64,000 bases of DNA from Hyaloraphidium curvatum SAG 235-1. Taxonomy: Eukaryota > Fungi > Monoblepharomycota. Shown in pieces: positions 10,627 to 21,580 of the stretch (positions are counted from its first letter, which is position 1; each line of letters opens with the position of its first letter). The notes beneath the pieces were generated by a model, which was not told the origin of the DNA, made no database searches, and saw only the letters and a program-made list of their open reading frames with translations. The stretch is from NCBI GenBank assembly GCA_025558095.1, contig JAIVFI010000021.1, positions 372,001 to 436,000 on the forward strand, read 5' to 3'. Made by a program: the position numbers and the translations under genes.

Positions 10627-12104
10627 TCATCCGTCCCCGCGGCGGTCCGCCTCGGCCTTGAGGCGGCGTGCGTGCGTGTTGGCGTGGCTCTTCATGTTGT
10701 CGATCCTGCGAAAGCAAGAACAGGAACGAGGTATCGGGGTGAGATACGGATCAAGGCGCCGCGGAGCACGGCGCACCGGTGAAAGCGGGCGCCGCATCCC
10801 TCGACGGGACACGCGTACGGTCGCAGGTCCAGGTGGATCCTGCGATGCCGGGAAAGGTGGCCCGACGACCCGAACACGCGCGGGCACGACGGACAGGGAT
10901 AGTCCCTGCGGGAGCGCGGGGCTGTCAGCGGGCCGGGCGGCGCGAGGCGACAAGCGACCGACTTTTTCTTCCCGCCCTTCTTCTTCTTGCGCTCCTCCTC
11001 GACGGCCTCGGGCTCCGGGCTGCGCGGGCTGTCCTCCTCGCTCTCCGCCTCCGAGTCCGCGTCGCGCATGGCAGCGTCCGCGGCGCCACCGCCCGACTGT
11101 GTCGGGCTGACGCCGTTCATCCTGAAGCCGGCCATGACGGCCACGGCGGCGCGCTCGGCCTCCTCGTCCGCGGCGGATGCGATCGAGCCCGACGACGGCG
11201 TGGTGGAGCCCGAGGGCGGGGCGCCGGTCGAGTTGATTGTCATTGTGGCCAGCGGCAGGTCCGCCGACACGGCGCGCAGGTGCGCCTGCGACGTCGCGGC
11301 GGCGGCGGCGGGGGGCAGGGGCGGCCCGTGCGGCGGCGTGGCCCACGGCACGGGCACGGGGCCCAGCGGGGACAGCGTGCCGGAGCCGGCGTAGCGCGCG
11401 GCGAGGTCCCAGTCCGAGCCCGCTGCGGACGAGCCGATGCTGGCGTCCGAGGCGTGCGAGCCGCGGTAGCCGCCGGCCGCGTCGTCCGCGAAGATGGGGC
11501 GCAGGCCGCCCGAGCCGCGCATCGCCGGCAGGCTCTTGTGGCCGAGCACCGACAGCGGCGCGCCGACGGTGCGCGCGGCGTGGGCCATTGCGTGCGCATG
11601 CGCGGGCGAGCGGGCGGGGCCGGGGCCGGTGGGCGTTGCCGGCCTGCGGATGTTTGTGTAGGGCGAGATGCCGATGCCGTGGCCGAGCGCGGCGTGCGCG
11701 TGCGGCGGCGGGTGCGGCGGGGCCAGCGGCAGCGGCTGCTGGAGCGCGTAGGCGCGCATCGGCTGCAGCGACTGGAAGCCGGCGAGCAGCGGCGGCGCGG
11801 GGGCGGCGGGCGGCAGCGGGCCGGGGAGGGCGGGCGGCGCGCGCGGGCCGTCCCACGCCGGCGCGGGCCACGGCGGCGCGGCTCCGCCACCCGCGCCCCA
11901 CGGCGGCGGCCGCGGCGCTCCGCCGCCCGGCCCGAACGCGCCCGCCGGCGGCTCGACCGGCGCCGGCCGCTCGGCTGCCCCGCCGGCCCCCGCGGCCCCC
12001 GCGCCCCCCGCAGCGGGCACCGCCGGCGGCGGCTCGGCGGCCAGCAGCGACATGACATCCATCTTGTGCCGCGCGGGCGCGCTGGCCGCGGGCGGCGCCT
12101 CCAT
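10627..12104 (-). CDS. C2H2 zinc-finger transcriptional repressor, Nrg1-like
   Basis: C-terminal pair YPCPSCPRVFGSSGHLSRHRRIH-LDLRP-YACPVEGCGARFHR/IDNMKSHANTH, with an intron inside finger 2. N-terminal MDVMSLL motif and Pro/Ala-rich body. Confidence 0.85.
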
Positions 12105-12995
12105 GTCGGATGTGGGGTGCACAGTCCCGCCGCCTGCCTGCGCCGCCTGCGCCGCCCCACCCCACCCCCCACCCGGACCCACCGACCCCGCCGCCGCGCC
12201 TGCTCCATCCATCCCCGCCACATAGCACAAGGCATTGGCCTCGCGGATACAAAGCTACACGCGCCGCGCCATCGGCCCCGCTCCCGATCCCTCCCGCAGC
12301 CGTCCGATGTCCGATGTCCGTCGGCCGCCCGGACCCTACGGCCACCCTTTCGTCCCACCTCCGCCCGCCCGCGGCCTCGGCATCGCTGGCTGCAGGTGGC
12401 CGCTTCCCGTCGTAACAGCCGTCTCGGGCAACTCACCGCACGAGACCACTCGCCAGCCGGGTGACGTAAGACTGGGCCGGTCCCCGTTCCCCCGCCCCGA
12501 GACCTCAGCTGCGCAACGCTCTTGCCCGGACGTTCGTCTCTGTGCTTCCCGAGTGCCCATGACCACGCCGGGCGTATCGGAAGACGGGCGCGGCGACCGA
12601 ACAGTGGCCGCTCCTCCGCCCCCGGCCTGGACCGGCCCCCGGCCCCGGACCGAACCTGCTGTAAGTCCGAACCCGAATCCGGTCGTTTCTCATACCTCAG
12701 CACCGTTCGGCTTTCGTTGGACTCTTGTCTCCTCGAGGCCGCCTTCCTCGGCGGACCCTCATCCCTGGGTCCCTTCAAAAGCCCGAGGGAGATCCCGTGC
12801 GTCCTACCTGCGATCCCCAGGACGGCTGTTTGAGGACTCCAGATTTGGCATGCCCGGCATCGGCTACAATCCAAATGGGGATTCCGAAAGATTCCGGGAA
12901 CTCAGGTGTAGTCTTTTGCCGCGCAGGCGGCGTAGGTGGGAAAGAGGCGCAATACAGGATGGAAAAGGAACTTCGGTCCGAGACCACCCGTCCAA

Positions 12996-13685
12996 TCAGC
13001 ACGGATCCCCGGCCTCCGGCCCGGCAAACGTCCAGGGGTACAGACCATGCACCGACCCCGCCTCCGCCGCCTCCCGCAGCACTTCCCGGATGGCCGCATC
13101 GTCCGCGTCCCCCGGGTCCCACGCCCCGCCGTCCTGCTGCGCGTCACCGCCGTCGCCATCCCACTGCCCTTCGCCGCAATGAAGTTCCGTCCCCAGCGGG
13201 CCCTGCGCCGCGCCGCCGCCGTGGTACGCGTCCCAGTCGCCCGCCCCGAAGCCCTCCTGCCCGTCCGGGCCCTCGAGCCCCTCTGTGTCCCCCGGTTCCC
13301 CGTGCTCTGCGGCCCCGGCATGGTGCTCCCGGTCCGCACGGCCCCGTACAGCCCCCGCTGCCGCCCCCGAGCGCAGGCCGCCCAGCGCCGCGCGCTCCGC
13401 GGCCAGCGCCGCCCGCGCCGCGCGCAGCCGCGCCTCCCGCGCGCGCAGCCGCAGCAGCAGCGAGTCGCCCGAGCGCGGGCCGCGCGCGGGGCCGCCCGGG
13501 GGCGCGCGGCGGGGCAGCGGCCGCGACGGCGGCAGCACCGCGACGTCCAGCGCGCCGATGCGCACGCGCCGCCCAGACGGCGGCGTCGGCGGCCGCCCCG
13601 GCGCCTCTGCCTCGGAGCCCGCGTGCGACGGCGGGGACACCGAGCCCGATCGCGTGTCGAGGCGCCGGTGGATGTGCCGGAGCAT
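12996..13685 (-). CDS. Hypothetical protein with short coiled coil
   Basis: ATG start, GC3-biased codons and LLLRLRAREARLRAARAALAAERAAL helix. No family recognised. Confidence 0.4.
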   Translation of the reverse strand: MLRHIHRRLDTRSGSVSPPSHAGSEAEAPGRPPTPPSGRRVRIGALDVAVLPPSRPLPRRAPPGGPARGPRSGDSLLLRLRAREARLRAARAALAAERAALGGLRSGAAAGAVRGRADREHHAGAAEHGEPGDTEGLEGPDGQEGFGAGDWDAYHGGGAAQGPLGTELHCGEGQWDGDGGDAQQDGGAWDPGDADDAAIREVLREAAEAGSVHGLYPWTFAGPEAGDPC

Positions 13686-13870
13686 CGCTCGCCGTTACGT
13701 GGGTTCCCGCTCTGGACTCCGGTCCATGTGGCGCGCCATTATTAGAGACCCGCACTCTCTTAAGCCGTCCCACGCGACAGCTGAAATCCTCGTTCTCTCT
13801 GTCGCTAACTCGGCATTACAGCCTCTATGCTCCGCCATCTTCACGTTCCTGATTGTGTCCGCAGGCTTTG

Positions 13871-13926
13871 CGGCCGCGCATACGTGGCACCGCCGGCCGC
13901 GCATACGTGGCACCCGCTTACGTGGC
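13871..13926. repeat. 21-nt direct duplication containing TACGTGGC (three copies of the core)
   Basis: cggccgcgcatacgtggcacc at 13871-13891 and 13894-13914, with a third tacgtggc at 13919-13926. Confidence 0.8.
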
Positions 13927-14853
13927 GTCCGCGAAAACTACAAAAGGCAGGGTGCATAGGCTCCCGCATCATCACCAAACGTCTCCTGCCCCGTGCGCTC
14001 ACCAGCATAGAGCCATGAGGGCCCGCAAGAAGCGCAAGAAGAGCTTCCCGGTCGCGCTCTCGCTGTTGGGGGCGCTGTCCTGGTGGGAGCGCGAGCGCCG
14101 CCTGCGCCCTGCCCCCGTCGCCTTCTCACCGCGGCATTTCCCATCTTTCGGCAGTGCCGCTGCCGTCACGCGCAGGACAACGGCCGTGGTCTCGGCTCAT
14201 CGAGAGAAGTAGGTCTCGCAACAAAGACGCGCCGGAACGACACACCGACCTGACGGTTCAGCAGCCATCTTATCCTCATTTTGTCGCTTCTTTCTCTCTG
14301 TTACTCGGCTACAACGACTGACGGGCGACGAGCGCACGGGCGCTGCGCGGCGCCGACGGCCGGAGACCGCCGATCGAATCGAGCTGGACTCCAAGTGCAC
14401 TCTCTTGCACCCCTCGGCATTGCGCGCGACTGTGGAGTTCGGAGCTCAACCAAGCCTACCTGCATGTGCATTATCCTGCCCGCCCGCCCATGGATCTCCA
14501 CCGTTGCAATGTGGTGGAACAACGTGTGGGTGGAGCCTGCATTCGCCTGCGATCGTGCCGGCCAACGTTCCCTTGCAGACTGATCTGGAGAATTCGTGGG
14601 CAGGGAAGGGATATCAGGTAGCAAGTTGTTGAGGACAGTAGCCAGAGAACTAGTAGCGGCGTCGAACCTGCGGAGTGCGGGTTTCTGATGTAGCCGCACT
14701 AGTGTTGTTTACATCTCCGTTCGGTCCTTGCAACGCGGGCCGCGGGTTCCAAAAACCGCGCCGCAGGAAGAGCGACGCGACTCGGACCAAAGCCGGAGCT
14801 CGGTCGGGCCGGAACGGACGATAGTCTTCTAGGGCGGGCCCACGACGGAGTCG

Positions 14854-15474
14854 ATGGAGGCGGGGAGCACGGCCAACCGCACCACCAGCTACAGATCCCT
14901 GCTGCTTCTCAGCATCTCCACGTGGATCCTCGCCGTCTCTTCGGTGCACACGTCGATGCTGCTCTTTGGACGCGACGTGCTCGCGCTGCCCTTCCTCGCC
15001 GGCCCCTACGTCTCGTTCGACGCCTGGTCCCTGGTGCACGTCCTCTTCTTCCACACCGTGGCCTACTCGTTCCCGAACAGGTTCTGGTACGCGATGGCGC
15101 TCGGCGTCGCGTGGGAGCTCGCCGAGGCCTGGTTCGCGGGCCTCGAGGCCGGCCTGGGCAGGGTGTGGGAGGAGCGCAGGCTCAACTCGCTGTGGGACGT
15201 GTACTTCAACGCCGCAGGGTACAGGCTGGGCGAGTGGCGCCTCGCGAGGCATCTGGCGCGCCCGGGAGGCGTGCGGTCGGCGTCGCCGTACCCGATCGTG
15301 TTTGCGTTCGCGGGCTTCTGCATGGCCGTGGGGGCGTGGGGCGTCGCAAACGGCAGGGATCCGGCGGCGTTCGTGACGGCGGCCGTCGGCTGCGCCGTGT
15401 GCGCCGCGGGGTGGTTCGCGGAAGGGGAAGGCGCTGGCAGCCCAGCTACCTTGGCCAGCGCAGCCGGTCGATAA
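14854..15474 (+). CDS. Small multi-pass membrane protein with D.WS..H / WE..E / N...D...N..G motifs
   Basis: FDAWSLVHVLFF, GVAWELAE and RLNSLWDVYFNAAGY, with about 5-6 hydrophobic segments. Intronless. Confidence 0.7.
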   Translation: MEAGSTANRTTSYRSLLLLSISTWILAVSSVHTSMLLFGRDVLALPFLAGPYVSFDAWSLVHVLFFHTVAYSFPNRFWYAMALGVAWELAEAWFAGLEAGLGRVWEERRLNSLWDVYFNAAGYRLGEWRLARHLARPGGVRSASPYPIVFAFAGFCMAVGAWGVANGRDPAAFVTAAVGCAVCAAGWFAEGEGAGSPATLASAAGR

Positions 15475-15548
15475 GACGCATTGATCAGTTGAAAGAACTC
15501 GTGAACAACCCGGGGCCTTCTTCGTCGGGGTACTAGAGTCGAACTGGG

Positions 15549-15815
15549 CCCAGGTGTTTCCGCAAAAGCTCACGACCATCTGCACATCACTTCAGCCGCC
15601 GCATACCTCCTTCAGGTCGGCCAGGAATTTCCGTATGTGAAGCGATTGCTACGCTTGGCACCGCATCCAGGCCATTGCAGGTTGCCAGGCGCGAGAACGC
15701 GCCAAACGTGATGCCCATGCAATCCAACTCCTTCAGCCGAGACAGGCAAGGACCAGTGGCATCTGAGCATTAGCGCGAGAGGCCCTTCCCGGTCGCTGCC
15801 GGTCGATTGCCGGTC
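15549..15815 (-). pseudogene. Phytochelatin synthase internal fragment (decayed copy of 25070-25345)
   Basis: Nucleotide-level match, e.g. aaaagctcacgaccatctgcacatcac and tccaggccattgcaggttgccaggcgcg occur at both loci. Encodes MQMVVSF and ATCNGLD remnants with indels. Confidence 0.85.
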
Positions 15816-15876
15816 ATCCAAAGACTTCATTACCGACCGGAGGACCACTCGCTCACATACGTTCACACCTGACGGC

Positions 15877-17145
15877 TCACCTACGAAGCTTATATACTCC
15901 AACACAATCAGTCAAACTATGATTCATGCCTGGTTGAGATGGGCAACTGCGAGGTGGCATCCATATTCTAAAATGCCTCTTATTGCTGGTATAGAGTGAG
16001 CAGTTCTCGACGCTATAGACAGTAGACGTTGGAGATGAAAGCGCATAAACAACGTGACTGAACGTCGATTCAGACATGGTGAGAATCTTTGTCTGCAGAC
16101 GAGACAAGATCAGTATCTCTTCCCACGCAGTGTGGACTGTTTGCGCCCGGAGGGATGGGGCATTCTCCATGGATGCTTGCAGTGAAACATTCAGATGCAG
16201 TAACCGATTGCTGAAATGCGAAACCATGTGGCGGCGAAAATCAATCGAATCTGTGGCGAGGAAGACATACTTCCATGTTCCTGCTTCAAGGAAAGTCCGC
16301 CTAATGCAATCTGCCGCCGCAACCGTATCCTTCACATAAACCACCCGCAAGTGTACCCCAAGAATGGCCGATGTGTCCCACTGGTCCATGCTTCCAAGCA
16401 GCTTCTCTTGCTGTTCTCGAATATGTTGCTGCACGGCCCCAGTGGGTGCAAGAAACGCGGCCGAAAGGTGCCCAATGATGCTATTTGTTGCGGGGAAGTA
16501 GCTTTCCAGCAAAGGCTTGACGTTCGGATTCTCAGCGAGGGAAGCAATGTAGTAGAGGTTCGATGAGATCGCCAGGTTCGGGCATTTGCTCAGTAACGGA
16601 TCTGAGGTGAAATTGGCGCAGGACAAGGCATTCCAGCAGCCATCCTTAGGCGATTGCTCCGGTGGGGCATATATCGATAACGTCCATTCACACTGCGCAG
16701 ATGGCAGCGGTTCGTTGGCCGGCCACCGGATGCTCGCTGGCAGATTAACGATGTCTGACAGATCCGCAAGTTCGGCCGCACCGTTCCATGCGTACCGAAA
16801 GGACCGCCGAAGAACTACAGACAAAGTCAAGGCCGAAACGAATTGCAGGATGTTGTTTCCCAATCCTTGCTTATTTCCTTTGAAAATAACAGTCCCCGCT
16901 GGAGTTGAAGGTAACTCGTTCAAACGGCGGAAGTCACGGAGGAAAGTGGAATTCTCGTCAACCGGAAAAGGAAAGAAGCCGAGATGTCCCACGTGAGCAG
17001 AAGAATTTAACGGACGTTGCAGGATCGAATGGCCAATCGTGTGTAGGGAGTCTGTCCGTTGGAAAGAGACGTGCAATGCGAAGAACACAAGGAGCACAAC
17101 AGAAGCCGGCATCAAAAGATCCGCGAGAATCTGCGTCCTCACCAT
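15877..17145 (-). CDS. Fucosyltransferase-like GT-B protein (GT23/GT37/NodZ-like), type II membrane
   Basis: QGLGNNIL, LGVHLR, VFLATDS and AWEEILILS...STFS motifs, plus an N-terminal signal anchor. Intronless. Confidence 0.8.
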   Translation of the reverse strand: MVRTQILADLLMPASVVLLVFFALHVSFQRTDSLHTIGHSILQRPLNSSAHVGHLGFFPFPVDENSTFLRDFRRLNELPSTPAGTVIFKGNKQGLGNNILQFVSALTLSVVLRRSFRYAWNGAAELADLSDIVNLPASIRWPANEPLPSAQCEWTLSIYAPPEQSPKDGCWNALSCANFTSDPLLSKCPNLAISSNLYYIASLAENPNVKPLLESYFPATNSIIGHLSAAFLAPTGAVQQHIREQQEKLLGSMDQWDTSAILGVHLRVVYVKDTVAAADCIRRTFLEAGTWKYVFLATDSIDFRRHMVSHFSNRLLHLNVSLQASMENAPSLRAQTVHTAWEEILILSRLQTKILTMSESTFSHVVYALSSPTSTVYSVENCSLYTSNKRHFRIWMPPRSCPSQPGMNHSLTDCVGVYKLRR

Positions 17146-17290
17146 GATGCATTGACTCCCGCACTACTGGGCATCCAATGTTTTAACGCATAGTTAATTG
17201 CTTCGAGGATAGACGGGTCGCTTCGTGCAGCTCGCACTACATTATTGGCCCCTATTGCTACGACACTTCTTGTTTCCATTCCAAATTCTC

Positions 17291-18247
17291 ATGTTCTCCG
17301 GCCGAACAATATCTATTGCCACTGCGATCTTCCTCGTCTTCTTGCTCTCCTCGTCTTTCGTCTTTTACCGCCCGCCATCGGGGACCGCTCATGTAGACGT
17401 AGAAAACCCCGCCACCCGATTCTGCATTCATCGCAGTCTTTCCAAGCAGATCGACGTAGCGTCTCTTCGTTCCTCGGTCGCCGCTGCGACGCGATTTTGG
17501 ACTCGTGGCATTGCACAAACGCTTCAATCGATGCTCGATTTAAACGAAACCGGAGGTTACCGGGATGGGACTGGCCCCACCGGGCACCACGTCTTCGACG
17601 TCCTGGGCCCCATTGGGCCACGCTGTAGACAGATCGACAGGTTGGGAACTGGAGACTTGGAGAAGAGAGTTTGTGGACTCCAGTCAATGATTGGTGACCA
17701 GGCAGCATGCCACGTAATCTCGGTCGGTGGCAACAATCAATGGGAGTTCGAAGCAGCAGTACATACTCGGACAAGCTGCAAAGTCCACACATTTGATTGC
17801 ACCGTTAATGGGACGGTCCCACAAGCGTTGCAAGACCGAGTGTTCTTTTACAAACTCTGCTTGGGAGCCAAAGACATGCCCGAAAACTCCAAGAGGCGCT
17901 TTGTAAACTGGGCAACGATGCTTCAAACCGCGGGGTTAGATCGATCTCCGTCGTACGTGAAGATGGATATCGAGGGTTACGAATTTCCCGCTCTCCGGAG
18001 CATTTTGGACAGCAACAGGAGCCTTCTGCCTCTCCAGATAGCTATGGAGATACATTACATGACACATGGTCACCTGATCGACTTACCAATGCACAATCGG
18101 CTGCTCACTCCGGGAGAAATCGCCCTTTTCATGATGGAGCTCTTCCACACTGGCCAGTACCTGCTTCTGGACCGGAATGACAACCCTTTCTGCCAACATT
18201 GTAGTGAAGTACTCCTTGCAAGATTCGCGTGTGACTCCACTACATAA
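17291..18247 (+). CDS. Methyltransferase, Methyltransf_22/METTL24-like, signal anchor
   Basis: GDLEKRVC, CHVISVGGNNQWEFE, VHTFD, VKMDIEGYEF, QIAMEIH and NPFCQHCSE. ATG at 17291. Confidence 0.82.
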   Translation: MFSGRTISIATAIFLVFLLSSSFVFYRPPSGTAHVDVENPATRFCIHRSLSKQIDVASLRSSVAAATRFWTRGIAQTLQSMLDLNETGGYRDGTGPTGHHVFDVLGPIGPRCRQIDRLGTGDLEKRVCGLQSMIGDQAACHVISVGGNNQWEFEAAVHTRTSCKVHTFDCTVNGTVPQALQDRVFFYKLCLGAKDMPENSKRRFVNWATMLQTAGLDRSPSYVKMDIEGYEFPALRSILDSNRSLLPLQIAMEIHYMTHGHLIDLPMHNRLLTPGEIALFMMELFHTGQYLLLDRNDNPFCQHCSEVLLARFACDSTT

Positions 18248-19204
18248 TGGGGCTTGGCGGTCCCTCACGCTTAGTCACGGGCGGCACCTTTTCGTCGGTG
18301 ATGCTGCGGCCCATAGTCGCACGCAATGCAGATTCGACACCGGCCGCCCCGTTCACGGCCCCACTACACTCGGCAGCATTGCGATGCTCCGAACAGTCTC
18401 CTCTTGTGAGGCTCCGACAAGGAGACAATCACACCACCTTTCGGTCCATCTCCTCAGGCAAAGTGTCTGCGAATCCTGCTAATTTTGATACAACAAGGGC
18501 GATCCGGGAATGAAGTACGCTGGATAATCGGGAGGCAAGCTCGTCCGTGTTGTTTGCATACCAAGTAAAGGATCCTTGAAGAAACTGGCCAAGCTCTCTT
18601 CGGCGTTTATGCACCCGATTCGTTCAAGGGGCACGATTCCAGCGCGCGAACGAAGCCGTCGAGCATATAATCAACAGAGGTCCGGCGGACTGAATCGAAA
18701 GTTGATTGGGTCCAGCGCCCTAGATACGGGTTGGCGACGCAATCTGCGGCCGTGGTGACAGAGACGAACGTGAGACTACTTGAGTCGGAGCGCAATGCGA
18801 AGAGGAAGTCGGCCGACAAGCGATGACAGTCCAAGTACAACTGTCCTGGGATCCGGTGCCAATTTTGCAGTCGACCACAGGCTACGGTTTGGACCTTCTT
18901 TAGTCAATCACGGAAGCCAAATGGAGCAAGTAGCTACCAGCACGAACAGCCGAGCCAGCTGGATCGAGCGAGAACGGCAGAGACACTAGATCATGTTGGA
19001 TGGATTGAAAGGCATTGAATTGAAATGCGGTTCCTTGCGAAAAACGCACTGACGGCCCGAGGGGACCGGCATAGAAGTTGATCTTCAACTACGGTTGCTT
19101 GCGATTGAAGTAGTCCGCGCGAGTAAAAGTGATGGAAACGAAACATCGCCGAATTCCCGAGTCGTTCCGTCCCGAGGACCGTACTATTCTGAAGTTCAAC
19201 TACC

Positions 19205-21163
19205 ATGAATGTCACAGAGGATGAATTCGACAGCACTCTGTTCGGCTTCAAGGTTGGGCGATTGTCAGCGACGGCTTCGGGGGACCAGAGCTCCATCATC
19301 ATGGCAGCCCTGCAGAAGGCGCATTCGGACGGGTTCCACCTCATCTACATCTTTGGTCCAACCCTAAAAGACACGGCGCAAGAGTCGCATGCCGGCTCAA
19401 CGGTACCAGGTTTCAAGGTCGATGTCAGAACCGAGTTCTCGTGTAGACTACGGGACCTCGACCCCAAGGCGCTGGTAAAGGCCGCGTACCTCTCTCCAAC
19501 CATAAGAGTCGTGAACATGTGCGAAGATTCCGCGGCTCTGAGGAAGATTGCGCTTGCCGCGGGAGAATGGTCGCGCTACCGTACGGACCCTTGGCTGCCC
19601 AAGAGCGCCTTTCACGACATGTACGAGCAAATGCTGACGAACTCCATCAACCGCTCGTTTGCCGACGAGATGTTCGTGGCCCGGAATGTGGAAAATGGCC
19701 AGGAAGCCGGCTTGATCACTGTGAAAACCAAGGGCTCAAATGTTCAGATCGGCCTCCTTGCTGTTTTACCCGAGTACCGCCAACAGGGCATTGGTTCTAT
19801 GCTGCTGAGTCGCGCTGCTTTGTGGGCGTTGGAGAACATTGGATGGCAGCCTGAAGCCACCATTTCAGTGATCACACAGGGCCGGAACTACCCCGCTTGC
19901 CAGTTGTACCGCAAGTTTGGCCTGCACGTGGTCGGACAGCAGGACGTGCACCATGCTTGGTTGCCCCAGCATCTAATGGAACCTCTTTCACGCGGTGATA
20001 CCGGGCCTGTACCGTTCTGTAGGCAGCACATCGTCGGCCAGGAGGCAACGTATGTAGCGCAGGTGCTGTCCACAGGACTGGACAGTGCTTCTCGCTTCAC
20101 CAATATGTGCGCCTCTCGTGTGCAAAGTCTTCTCGGTCCCGAGAGCTCCCGAGTGCTTATCACTCCGTCATGTACCGCAGCTCTGGAAATGGCTGCCCTC
20201 CTGTGCGATTTGCAGCCGGGTGACGAGGTCATCATGCCCTCCTTCACATTCTCGTCAACGGCAAATGCGTTCGTTCTCCGCGGAGCTGTACCCGTATTCG
20301 TTGACGTCCGCGCCGATACGCTTAACATTGATGAGGCTCTCATAGATGCGGCAGTTACAGCAAAGACACGCGCAATATGCTGCGTTCACTACGCAGGCGT
20401 CCCGTGTGAGATGGATGCCATCTGTAGCATTGCACGGCGACATGGTTTGCTGGTAGTGGAGGATGCCGCACAGGGTTTTCTTTCCACGTACAAGGGTCGT
20501 CAGCTTGGCTCGATTGGAGACTTCGGATGCATCTCCTTTCATTACACCAAGAATGTTATTTGTGGAGAAGGGGGCGCGCTGTCGATCAATCGATCAAGTG
20601 AGCGAGCCCGACGAGCGCTGCTAGTGTGGGAGAAAGGAACAAACCGCTACGATTTCCTCATGGGAAAGATCGACAAGTACGAATGGGTGGATGTTGGGTC
20701 ATCGCACGTCCCAAATGAAGTTTCTTGTGCCATCTTGAATGCGCAGCTGGAGCGGTGCGAGGAAATCACGGCCAAGAGGGTGGCCAATCACGCGCGATAC
20801 CTTGAAGGCTTCAAGGATCTCATAGCGCAGGGTGTCTTTCGTGTCCCCCACGTGCCGCCTGGATGTACGATCAACGGCCACATTTTCTTCCTGGTTTTCC
20901 CTTCCACGGACGTCAAGGAACAGTTTGCAGCGGGCTTGAAGGCTGCTGGCATCACGGCATTTTCGCATTATTCGCCGTTGCACAGTTCAGTAGCAGGCTT
21001 GAAATATGGCCGAGCATCAGGAAGGATGGAAATTACAAGCAGCGTGCACGCGAGATTGCTGAGGCTTCCTATGTGGCCAGGGCTTTCGAGCGTAGAAGCT
21101 GCTTCGATCATTGATATGGTGCACAAACTTTCCGCGCGCTTCGTGCAGTCCAGAACGAGCTGA
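19205..21163 (+). CDS. wecD-wecE: Fusion of WecD-like GNAT acetyltransferase and WecE-like dTDP-4-amino-4,6-dideoxygalactose transaminase
   Basis: N-half: FDSTLFG, SRYRTDP, IGLLAVLPEYRQQGIG and TQGRNYPACQLYRKFG. From aa 269: VPF, TPSCTAALEMAALL, GDEVIMPSFTFSSTANAFVLRGA, VEDAAQG, SFHYTKN (PLP Lys449), EKGTNR, DKYEWVDVGSS and HYSPLHSS. 652 aa, intronless. Confidence 0.92.
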   Translation: MNVTEDEFDSTLFGFKVGRLSATASGDQSSIIMAALQKAHSDGFHLIYIFGPTLKDTAQESHAGSTVPGFKVDVRTEFSCRLRDLDPKALVKAAYLSPTIRVVNMCEDSAALRKIALAAGEWSRYRTDPWLPKSAFHDMYEQMLTNSINRSFADEMFVARNVENGQEAGLITVKTKGSNVQIGLLAVLPEYRQQGIGSMLLSRAALWALENIGWQPEATISVITQGRNYPACQLYRKFGLHVVGQQDVHHAWLPQHLMEPLSRGDTGPVPFCRQHIVGQEATYVAQVLSTGLDSASRFTNMCASRVQSLLGPESSRVLITPSCTAALEMAALLCDLQPGDEVIMPSFTFSSTANAFVLRGAVPVFVDVRADTLNIDEALIDAAVTAKTRAICCVHYAGVPCEMDAICSIARRHGLLVVEDAAQGFLSTYKGRQLGSIGDFGCISFHYTKNVICGEGGALSINRSSERARRALLVWEKGTNRYDFLMGKIDKYEWVDVGSSHVPNEVSCAILNAQLERCEEITAKRVANHARYLEGFKDLIAQGVFRVPHVPPGCTINGHIFFLVFPSTDVKEQFAAGLKAAGITAFSHYSPLHSSVAGLKYGRASGRMEITSSVHARLLRLPMWPGLSSVEAASIIDMVHKLSARFVQSRTS

Positions 21164-21580
21164 GGGAGCGGGACGCTCAAAGGCTAGCTTTCGGGCTGCG
21201 TCGCTGTGACCGATGGCACTAGCGGGATGACGCATGAACTCTAAGGGGATGGGGCTGATCCGGACCGTGTGGCGACGCTGCTGACCGTCGCGGTGGGCAT
21301 GTTTGGGCTGATTGGGGGCGCGGGGGTGCACCTGACTGTTGCATGAGGATGAGGAGTGTGCATAGCTAGAGCTAGCAAAGCAAAGGGAAATAGACCTCCA
21401 CATTGTAGACCCACGTCCCAACAGTTCATTTACTAGCCTTCGCTGAACAGCCTTTCTAGGTTGGCGGCTGCGAAAGTCGACGCTCCGGCAGTCTCCTGGG
21501 GCCGGCTCACGATTTCGAAAGAATTAGACGAATGATCAGACATCAAACGAGGCCGTTCTCGCTTCGTTTATTGGTGATTG

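Noticed and set aside
2319-13959. Many long Arg/Ala/Pro/Gly-rich overlapping ORFs (e.g. 2657-3997, 10779-12464, 11240-12874, 12725-13852)
   Set aside because: These are shadow frames of very GC-rich genes where stop codons are scarce, and they contain no motifs.
14660-14705. Imperfect hairpin followed by CTAG-T, like a Helitron 3' end
   Set aside because: The stem is short and imperfect, and no matching 5' end or second copy was found.
18250-19200. Short ORFs between the methyltransferase and wecD-wecE
   Set aside because: No recognisable motifs or consistent splice model; possibly a decayed gene.
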